From Utricularia gibba (Eukaryota; Plantae; Magnoliophyta), in assembly GCA_002189035.1 (NCBI GenBank), contig NEEC01000332.1, positions 1 to 19,325 of the forward strand: a stretch of DNA of 19,325 nucleotides, written 5' to 3'. The stretch's first letter is position 1. Each line of letters opens with the position of its first letter. This document shows, piece by piece, positions 1 to 10,300 of this stretch. Position numbers and translations under genes: made by a program. A model generated the notes under the pieces. That model was not told where the DNA came from. It searched no databases and worked only from the letters and a program-made list of their open reading frames with translations.

Positions 1-155
1 CTATTCGACGAAAATCGTGATGCATTTTTTGAAGTTAGGATGTCATGAGCACCCAAATGGTTTTCTTGTCCACAAGCTTTATATTTGAGGAGGCGCTCTC
101 GAGGGGCACCAGGATCGGGCGGAGGTCAGGTCGGGCTCGGCCCCATAGTCATTTG
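1..155 (+). repeat. Alpha subunit (~156 bp) of the monomer (example copy, monomer 1)
   Basis: Aligns to the second half of the monomer. Examples: cgacgaaaatcgtgatgcattttttgaagttagg vs cggcaaaaaaagtgatccatttattaacgttggg; atggttttctcaaccacaagctt vs atggtttctgaaggaaaagctt. Confidence 0.9.
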
Positions 156-309
156 TAGCCCGGCAAAAAGTGATCCATTTATTAACGTTGGGTTTTCGGC
201 ACTGCCTACATGGTTTGTGAAGGAAAAGCTTGTCGTTTTTGGGTGGGTGCTGTTTTCGGAAATTCGTCCGGACCCAAGGTTCGGTTCGACTCCTGAGCCC
301 AATCAGGTC
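156..309 (+). repeat. Beta subunit (~156 bp) of the monomer (example copy, monomer 1)
   Basis: Homologous to alpha at an offset of ~156-157 nt. Examples: gggtgggtgctttcgttgggaact vs gaggaggcgctctcgaggggcact; aggttcggttcgactcctgagccca vs aggtcgggtcgaactcgggccca. Confidence 0.9.
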
Positions 310-3300
310 CTATTCGACGAAAATCGTGATGCATTTTTTGAAGTTAGGATGTCATGAGCACCCCAAATGGTTTTCTCAACCACATGCTTTTTTATTTGAG
401 GAGGCGCTCTCGAGGGCACTAGGATCGGGCCGGAGGTCATCGACTCGGGCCCATAGTCATTTGTAGCCCGGCAAAAAAAGTGATCCATTTATTAACGTTG
501 GGTTTTCGGCAGCTGCCTACATGGTTTCTGAAGGAAAAGCTTGTCGTTTTTGGGAGGGTGCTTTGTTGGGAACTTCGTCGGACCCAAGGTTCGGTTCGAC
601 TCCTGAGCCAATGGGGTCCTATTCGACGAAAATCGTGATGCATTTTTGAAGTTAGGATGTCATGGCACCCAAATGGTTTTCTTGTCCACAAGCTTTATAT
701 TTGAGGAGGCCTCTCGAGGGGCACTAGGATCGGCCGGAGGTCGGTCGAACTCGGGCCCATAGTCATTTGTAGCCCGGCAAAAAAAGTGATCCATTTATTA
801 ACGTTGGGTTTTCGGCAGCCCTACATTGTTTCTGAAGGAAAAGCTTGTCGTTTTTGGTGGGTGCTTTCGTTGGGAATTCATCCGGACCAAGGTTCGGTTC
901 GACTCCTGAGCCCAATGGGGTCCATTCGACGAAAATCGTGATGCATTTTTTGAAGTTAGGATGTCATGAGCACCCCAAATGGTTTTCTTGTCCACAAGCT
1001 TTATATTTGAGGAGGCGCTCTCGAGGGGCACCAGGATCGGGCCGGAGGTCAGGTCGGCTCGGCCCATAGTCATTTGTAGCCCGGCAAAAAAGTGATCCAT
1101 TTATTAACGTTGGGTTTTCGGCACTGCCTACATGGTTTGTGAAGGAAAAGCTTGTCGTTTTTGGGTGGTGCTGTTGTTGGGAATTCGTCCGGACCAAGGT
1201 TCGGTTCGACTCCTGAGCCCAATCGGTCCTATTCGACGAAAATCGTGATGCATTTTTTGAAGTTAGGATGTCATGAGCACCCCAAATGGTTTTCTCAACC
1301 ACATGCTTTTTTTTGAGGAGGCGCTCTCGAGGGGCACTAGGATCGGGCGGAGGTCATCGATCTCGGCCCATAGTCATTTGTAGCCCGGCAAAAAAAGTGA
1401 TCCATTTATTAACGTTGGGTTTTCGGCAGCTGCTACATGGTTTCTGAAGGAAAAGCTTGTCGTTTTTGGGAGGGTGCTTTGTTGGGAATTCGTCCGGACC
1501 CAAGGTTCGGTTCGACTCTGAGCCCAATGGGGTCCTATTCGACGAAAATCGTGATGCATTTTTTGAAGTTAGGATGTCATGGGCACCCAAATGGTTTTCT
1601 TGTCAAGCTTTATATTTGAGGAGGCGCTCGAGGGGCACTAGGATCTGGCCGGAGGTCGGTCGAACTCGGGCCATAGTCATTTGTAGCCCGGAAAAAAGTG
1701 ATCCATTTATTAACGTTGGTTTTCGGCAGCTGCCTACATTGTTTCTGAAGGAAAAGCTTGTCGTTTTTGGGTGGGTGCTTTCGTTGGGAAGTTCATCCGG
1801 ACCCAAGGTTCGTTCGACTCCTGAGCCCAATGGGGTCCTATTCGACGAAAATCGTGATGCATTTTTTGAAGTTAGGATGTCATGAGCACCCCAATGGTTT
1901 TCTTGTCCACAAGCTTTATATTTGAGGAGGCGCTCTCGAGGGGCACAGGATCGGCCGGAGGTCAGGTCGCTCGGCCCCATAGTCATTTGTAGCCCGGCAA
2001 AAAAGTGATCCATTTATTAACGTTGGGTTTTCGGCACCTGCCTACATGGTTTGAAGGAAAAGCTTGTCGTTTTTGGGTGGGTGCTGTTTTCAAATTTCGT
2101 CCGGACCCAAGGTTCGGTTCGACTCCTGAGCCCAATCGGTCCTATTCGACGAAAATCGTGATGCATTTTTTGAAGTTAGGATGTCATGAGCACCCCAAAT
2201 GGTTTTCTCAACACATGCTTTTTATTTGAGGAGGCGCTCTCGAGGGCACTAGGATCGGGCCGGAGGTCATCGATCTCGGGCCCATAGTCATTTGTAGCCC
2301 GGCAAAAAAAGTGATCCATTTATTAACGTTGGGTTTTCGGCAGCTGCCTACATGTTTCTGAAGGAAAAGCTTGTCGTTTTTGGGTGGGTGCTGTTGTTGG
2401 GAACTTCGTCCGGACCCAAGGTTCGGTTCGACTCCTGAGCCAATGGGGTCCTATTCGACGAAAATCGTGATGCATTTTTTGAAGTTAGGATGTCATGGCA
2501 CCCAAATGGTTTTCTTGTCCACAAGCTTTATATTTGAGGAGGCGCTCTCGAGGGCACTAGGATCGGCCGGAGGTCGGTCGAACTCGGGCCATAGTCATTT
2601 GTAGCCCGGCAAAAAAAGTGATCCATTTATTAACGTTGGGTTTTCGGCAGCTGCCTACATGTTTCTGAAGGAAAAGCTTGTCGTTTTTGGGTGGGTGCTT
2701 TCGTTGGGAATTCATCCGGACCCAAGGTTCGGTTCGACTCCTGAGCCAATGGGGTCCTATTCGACGAAAATCGTGATGCATTTTTTGAAGTTAGGATGTC
2801 ATGAGCACCAAATGGTTTTCTTGTCCACAAGCTTTATATTTGAGGAGGCGCTCTCGAGGGGCACCAGGATCGGGCCGGAGGTCAGGTCGGGCTCGGCCCA
2901 TAGTCATTTGTAGCCCGGCAAAAAAGTGATCCATTTATTAACGTTGGGTTTTCGGCACCTGCCTACATGGTTTGTGAAGGAAAAGCTTGTCGTTTTGGGT
3001 GGGTGCTGTTGTTCGGAATTCGTCCGGACCCAAGGTTCGGTTCGACTCCTGAGCCCAATCGGGTCCTATTCGACGAAAATCGTGATGCATTTTTGAAGTT
3101 AGGATGTCATGAGCACCAAATGGTTTTCTCAACTGCTTTTTATTTGAGGAGGCGCTCTCGAGGGGCACTAGGATCGGGCCGGAGGTCATCGACTCGGGCC
3201 CATAGTCATTTGTAGCCCGGCAAAAAAAGTGATCCATTTATTAACGTTGGGTTTTCGGCAGCTGCCTACATGGTTTCTGAAGGAAAAGCTTGTCGTTTTT

Positions 3301-6300
3301 GGGTGGGTGCTGTTGTTGGGAATTCGTCCGGACCAAGGTTCGGTTCGACTCTGAGCCAATGGGTCCTATTCGACGAAAATCGTGATGCATTTTTTGAAGT
3401 TAGGATGTCATGAGCACCCAAATGGTTTTCTTGTCCACAAGCTTTTATTTGAGGAGGCGCTCTCGAGGGGCACTAGGATCGGCCGGAGGTCGGTCGAACT
3501 CGGCCCATAGTCATTTGTAGCCGGCAAAAAAAGTGATCCATTTATTAACGTTGGGTTTTCGGCAGCTGCCTACATGTTTCTGAAGGAAAAGCTTGTCGTT
3601 TTGGGTGGGTGCTTTCGTTGGGAATTCATCCGGACCCAAGGTTCGGTTCGACTCCTGAGCCAATGGGGTCCTATTCGACGAAAATCGTGATGCATTTTTG
3701 AAGTTAGGATGTCATGAGCACCCCAAATGGTTTTCTTGTCCACAAGCTTTATATTTGAGGAGGCGCTCTCGAGGGGCACCAGGATCGGCCGGAGGTCAGG
3801 TCGGGCTCGGCCCATAGTCATTTGTAGCCCGGCAAAAAAGTGATCCATTTATTAACGTTGGGTTTTCGGCACTGCCTACATGGTTTGAAGGAAAAGCTTG
3901 TCGTTTTTGGGTGGGTGCTGTTGTTCGGAAATTCGTCCGGACCAAGGTTCGGTTCGACTCCTGAGCCCAATCGGTCCTATTCGACGAAAATCGTGATGCA
4001 TTTTTTGAAGTTAGGATGTCATGAGCACCCCAAATGGTTTTCTCAACCACATGCTTTTTATTTGAGGAGGCGCTCTCGAGGGGCACTAGGATCGGGCCGG
4101 AGGTCATCGATCTCGGGCCATAGTCATTTGTAGCCCGGCAAAAAAAGTGATCCATTTATTAACGTTGGGTTTTCGGCAGCTGCCTGGTTTCTGAAGGAAA
4201 AGCTTGTCGTTTTTGGGGTGCTTTGTTGGGAATTCGTCCGGACCCAAGGTTCGGTTCGACTCCTGAGCCCAATGGGGTCCTATTCGACGAAAATCGTGAT
4301 GCATTTTTTGAAGTTAGGATGTCATGAGCACCCAAATGGTTTTCTGTCCACAAGCTTTATATTTGAGGAGGCGCTCTCGAGGGGCACTAGGATCGGCCGG
4401 AGGTCGGTCGAACTCGGGCCCATAGTCATTTGTAGCCCGGCAAAAAAAAAGTGATCCATTTATTAACGTTGGGTTTTCGGCAGCTGCCTACATTGTTTCT
4501 GAAGGAAAAGCTTGTCGTTTTTGGGTGGGTGCTTTCGTTGGGAATTCATCCGGACCCAAGGTTCGTTCGACTCCTGAGCCCAATGGGGTCCTATTCGACG
4601 AAAATCGTGATGCATTTTTGAAGTTAGGATGTCATGAGCACCCCAAATGGTTTTCTTGTCCACAAGCTTTATATTTGAGGAGGCGCTCTCGAGGGGCACC
4701 AGGATCGGGCCGGAGGTCAGGTCGGGCTCGGCCCATAGTCATTTGTAGCCCGGCAAAAAAGTGATCCATTTATTAACGTTGGGTTTTCGGCACTGCCTAC
4801 ATGGTTTGTGAAGGAAAAGCTTGTCGTTTTTGGGTGGGTGCTGTTGTTGGAAATTCGTCCGGACCCAAGGTTCGGTTCGACTCCTGAGCCCAATCGGTCC
4901 TATTCGACGAAAATCGTGATGCATTTTTGAAGTTAGGATGTCATGAGCACCCAAATGGTTTTCTCAACAAGCTTTTATTTGAGGAGGCGCTCTCGAGGGC
5001 ACTAGGATCGGGCCGGAGGTCATCGATCTCGGGCCCATAGTCATTTGTAGCCCGGCAAAAAAAGTGATCCATTTATTAACGTTGGGTTTTCGGCAGCTGC
5101 CTACATGGTTTCTGAAGGAAAAGCTTGTCGTTTTTGGGTGGGTGCTTTGTTGGAACTTCGTCCGGACCCAAGGTTCGGTTCGACTCCTGAGCCCAATGGG
5201 GTCCTATTCGACGAAAATCGTGATGCATTTTTTGAAGTTAGGATGTCATGAGCACCCCAAATGGTTTTCTTGTCCACAAGCTTTATATTTGAGGAGGCGC
5301 TCTCGAGGGGCACTAGGATCTGGCCGGAGGTCGGTCGAACTCGGGCCATAGTCATTTGTAGCCCGGCAAAAAAAGTGATCCATTTATTAACGTTGGGTTT
5401 TCGGCAGCTGCCTACATGTTTTCTGAAGGAAAAGCTTGTCGTTTTTGGGTGGGTGCTTTCGTTGGGAATTCGTCCGGACCAAGGTTCGGTTCGACTCCTG
5501 AGCCAATGGGTCCTATTCGACGAAAATCGTGATGCATTTTTTGAAGTTAGGATGTCATGAGCCCAAATGGTTTTTGTCCACAAGCTTTATATTTGAGGAG
5601 GCGCTCTCGAGGGGCACAGGATCGGGCCGGAGGTCAGGTCGGGCTCGGCCCATAGTCATTTGTAGCCCGGCAAAAAAGTGATCCATTTATTAACGTTGGG
5701 TTTTCGGCACTGCCTACATGTTTGTGAAGGAAAAGCTTGTCGTTTTTGGGTGGGTGCTTTGTTGGAAATTCGTCCGGACCCAAGGTTCGGTTCGACTCCT
5801 GAGCCCAATCGGGTCCTATTCGACGAAAATCGTGATGCATTTTTTGAAGTTAGGATGTCATGAGCACCCAAATGGTTTTCTTCACCAAGCTTTTATTTGA
5901 GGAGCGCTCTCGAGGGCACTAGGATCGGGCCGGAGGTCATTCGGGCCATAGTCATTTGTAGCCCGGCAAAAAAAGTGATCCATTTATAACGTTGGGTTTT
6001 CGGCAGCTGCCTACATGGTTTCTGAAGGAAAAGCTTGTCGTTTTTGGGTGGGTGCTGTTGTTGGGAACTTCGTCCGGACCCAAGGTTCGGTTCGACTCCT
6101 GAGCCCAATGGGTCCTATTCGACGAAAATCGTGATGCATTTTTTGAAGTTAGGATGTCATGAGCACCCAAATGGTTTTCTTGTCCACAAGCTTTATATTT
6201 GAGGAGGCGCTCTCGAGGGGCACTAGGATCGGCCGGAGGTCGGTCGAACTCGGGCCCATAGTCATTTGTAGCCCGGCAAAAAAAGTGATCCATTTATTAA

Positions 6301-7351
6301 CGTTGGGTTTTCGGCAGCTGCCTACATGTTTCTGAAGGAAAAGCTTGTCGTTTTTGGGTGGGTGCTTTCGTTGGGAATTCATCCGGACCCAAGGTTCGTT
6401 CGACTCCTGAGCCCAATCGGGGTCCTATTCGACGAAAATCGTGATGCATTTTTTGAAGTTAGGATGTCATGAGCACCCCAAATGGTTTTGTCACAAGCTT
6501 TATATTTGAGGAGGCGCTCTCGAGGGGCACCAGGATCGGGCCGGAGGTCGGTCGGGCTCGGCCCATAGTCATTTGTAGCCCGGCAAAAAAAGTGATCCAT
6601 TTATTAACGTTGGGTTTTCGGCAGCTGCCTACATGGTTTTGTGAAGGAAAAGCTTGTCGTTTTTGGGTGGGTGCTTTGTTGGAAATTCGTCCGGACCCAA
6701 GGTTCGGTTCGACTCCTGAGCCCAATCGGTCCTATTCGACGAAAATCGTGATGCATTTTTTGAAGTTAGGATGTCATGAGCACCCAAATGGTTTTCTCAA
6801 CCACAAGCTTTTTATTTGAGGAGGCGCTCTCGAGGGGCACTAGGATCGGGCCGGAGGTCATCGATCTCGGCCCATAGTCATTTGTAGCCGGCAAAAAAAG
6901 TGATCCATTTATTAACGTTGGGTTTTCGGCAGCTGCCTACATGGTTTCTGAAGGAAAAGCTTGTCGTTTTTGGGTGGGTGCTGTTGTTGGGAATTCGTCC
7001 GGACCCAAGGTTCGGTTCGACTCCTGAGCCCAATGGGGTCCTATTCGACGAAAATCGTGATGCATTTTTTGAAGTTAGGATGTCATGAGCACCCAAATGG
7101 TTTTCTTGTCCACAAGCTTTATATTTGAGGAGGCGCTCTCGAGGGGCACTAGGATCGGCCGGAGGTCGGGTCGAACTCGGGCCCATAGTCATTTGTAGCC
7201 CGGCAAAAAAAGTGATCCATTTATTAACGTTGGGTTTTCGGCAGCTGCCTACATGTTTCTGAAGGAAAAGCTTGTCGTTTTTGGGTGGGTGCTTTCGTTG
7301 GGAATTCATCCGGACCCAAGGTTCGGTTCGACTCCTGAGCCCAATGGGGTC

Positions 7352-10300
7352 CTATTCGACGAAAATCGTGATGCATTTTTTGAAGTTAGGATGTCATGAG
7401 CACCCCAAATGGTTTTCTTGTCCACAAGCTTTATATTTGAGGAGGCGCTCTCGAGGGGCACTAGGATCGGGCCGGAGGTCGGTCGGGCTCGGCCCCATAG
7501 TCATTTGTAGCCCGGCAAAAAAGTGATCCATTTATTAACGTTGGGTTTTCGGCAGCTGCCTACATGGTTTCTGAAGGAAAAGCTTGTCGTTTTTGGTGGG
7601 TGCTGTTGTTGGAAATTCGTCCGGACCCAAGGTTCGGTTCGACTCCTGAGCCCAATCGGGTCCTATTCGACGAAAATCGTGATGCATTTTTTGAAGTTAG
7701 GATGTCATGAGCACCCAAATGGTTTTCTCAACCACAAGCTTTTTATTTGAGGAGGCGCTCTCGAGGGGCACTAGGATCGGGCCGGAGGTCATCGATCTCG
7801 GGCCCATAGTCATTTGTAGCCCGGCAAAAAAAGTGATCCATTTATTAACGTTGGGTTTTCGGCAGCTGCCTACATGTTTCTGAAGGAAAAGCTTGTCGTT
7901 TTTGGGTGGGTGCTTTCGTTGGGAAGTTCGTCCGGACCCAAGGTTCGTTCGACTCCTGAGCCCAATGGGGTCCTATTCGACGAAAATCGTGATGCATTTT
8001 TTGAAGTTAGGATGTCATGAGCACCCCAAATGGTTTTCTTGTCACAAGCTTTATATTTGAGGAGGCGCTCTCGAGGGGCACTAGGATCGGGCCGGAGGTC
8101 GGTCGGGCTCGGCCCATAGTCATTTGTAGCCCGGCAAAAAAAGTGATCCATTTATTAACGTTGGGTTTTCGGCAGCTGCCTACATGGTTTCTGAAGGAAA
8201 AGCTTGTCGTTTTTGGGTGGGTGCTTTGTTGGGAAATTCGTCCGGACCCAAGGTTCGGTTCGACTCCTGAGCCCAATCGGGTCCTATTCGACGAAAATCG
8301 TGATGCATTTTTTGAAGTTAGGATGTCATGAGCACCCAAATGGTTTTCTCCCACATGCTTTTATTTGAGGAGGCGCTCTCGAGGGGCACTAGGATCGGGC
8401 CGGAGGTCAGTCGCTCGGGCCCATAGTCATTTGTAGCCGGCAAAAAAAGTGATCCATTTATTAACGTTGGGTTTTCGGCAGCTGCCTACATGGTTTTGAA
8501 GGAAAAGCTTGTCGTTTTTGGTGGGTGCTTTTTGGGAACTTCGTCCGGACCCAAGGTTCGGTTCGACTCCTGAGCCCAATCGGGTCCTATTCGACGAAAA
8601 TCGTGATGCATTTATTGAAGTTAGGATCATGAGCACCCCAAATGGTTTTCTCAACCACAAGCTTTTTATTTGAGGAGGCGCTCTCGAGGGGCACTAGGAT
8701 CGGCCGGAGGTCGGTCGAACTCGGCCCATAGTCATTTGTAGCCCGGCAAAAAAGTGATCCATTTATTAACGTTGGGTTTTCGGCAGCTGCCTACATGTTT
8801 CTGAAGGAAAAGCTTGTCGTTTTTGGGTGGGTGCTTTGTTGGGAATTCATCCGGACCCAAGGTTCGTTCGACTCCTGAGCCCAATCGGGTCCTATTCGAC
8901 GAAAATCGTGATGCATTTTTTGAAGTTAGGATGTCATGAGCACCCAAATGGTTTTCTCACCACAAGCTTTATTTGAGGAGGCGCTCTCGAGGGGCACCAG
9001 GATCGGGCCGGAGGTCAGGTCGGGCTCGGCCCATAGTCATTTGTAGCCCGGCAAAAAAAGTGATCCATTTATTAACGTTGGGTTTTCGGCACTGCTACAT
9101 GGTTTTGAAGGAAAAGCTTGTCGTTTTTGGGTGGGCTGTTGTTGGAATTCGTCCGGACCCAAGGTTCGGTTCGACTCCTGAGCCCAATCGGGTCCTATTC
9201 GACGAAAATCGTGATGCATTTTTTGAAGTTAGGATGTCATGAGCACCCCAAATGGTTTTCTCACCACATGCTTTTTATTTGAGGAGGCGCTCTCGAGGGG
9301 CACTAGGATCGGGCCGGAGGTCCGCTCGGGCCCATAGTCATTTGTAGCCCGGCAAAAAAAGTGATCCATTTATTAACGTTGGGTTTTCGGCAGCTGCCTA
9401 CATGGTTTCTGAAGGAAAAGCTTGTCGTTTTTGGGTGGGTGCTTTGTTGGGAATTCGTCCGGACCCAAGGTTCGGTTCGACTCCTGAGCCCAATGGGGTC
9501 CTATTCGACGAAAATCGTGATGCATTTTTTGAAGTTAGGATGTCATGAGCACCCCAAATGGTTTTCTTGTCCAACAAGCTTTATATTTGAGGAGGCGCTC
9601 TCGAGGGGCACTAGGATCGGCCGGAGGTCGGGTCGAACTCGGGCCCATAGTCATTTGTAGCCCGGCAAAAAAGTGATCCATTTATTAACGTTGGGTTTTC
9701 GGCACTGCCTACATGTTTCTGAAGGAAAAGCTTGTCGTTTTTGGGTGGGTGCTTTCGTTGGAAGTTCATCCGGACCCAAGGTTCGTTCGACTCCTGAGCC
9801 CAATGGGGTCCTATTCGACGAAAATCGTGATGCATTTTTTGAAGTTAGGATGTCATGAGCACCCCAAATGGTTTTCTCAACCACAAGCTTTTTATTTGAG
9901 GAGGCGCTCTCGAGGGGCACTAGGATCGGGCCGGAGGTCATCGATCTCGGGCCCATAGTCATTTGTAGCCCGGCAAAAAAGTGATCCATTTATTAACGTT
10001 GGGTTTTCGGCAGCTGCCTACATGGTTTCTGAAGGAAAAGCTTGTCGTTTTTGGGGGTGCTGTTGTTGGGAACTTCGTCCGGACCCAAGGTTCGGTTCGA
10101 CTCCTGAGCCCAATGGGGTCCTATTCGACGAAAATCGTGATGCATTTTTTGAAGTTAGGATGTCATGAGCACCCAAATGGTTTTCTCAAAAGCTTTATAT
10201 TTGAGGAGGCGCTCTCGAGGGGCACTAGGATCGGCCGGAGGTCGGGTCGAACTCGGGCCCATAGTCATTTGTAGCCCGGCAAAAAAAGTGATCCATTTAT

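Larger units (their letters stand above)
1..7351 (+). repeat. Regular trimeric higher-order repeat (A-B-C), 8 copies, ~919 bp each
   Basis: Type A (typically ggcacc-agg, gtcaggtcgggctc, ggcactgcc, tttgtgaa, aatc-ggtcc) starts at 1, ~923, 1838, 2757, 3671, 4591, 5513, 6425 and 7352. Type B (tcaaccacatgc, gtcatcgatctc) and type C (gatcggcc, gtcggtcgaactc, ctttcgttgggaattc[a/g]tcc) always follow in that order. Confidence 0.9.

Noticed and set aside
1-155. A still shorter (~78-bp) sub-repeat within the 156-bp subunit
   Set aside because: I could not align the two halves of alpha or of beta convincingly by eye.
260-330. tRNA gene around GGTTCGACTCC
   Set aside because: No acceptor, D or anticodon arms can be folded, and the T-stem has a mismatch.
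410-440. 5S rRNA or Cassandra-like similarity (ACTAGGAT resembles 5S GTACTAGGATGGG), with a repeat length in the 5S rDNA range
   Set aside because: Only ~8 nt match. The rest of the 120-nt 5S gene and its internal control region cannot be aligned.
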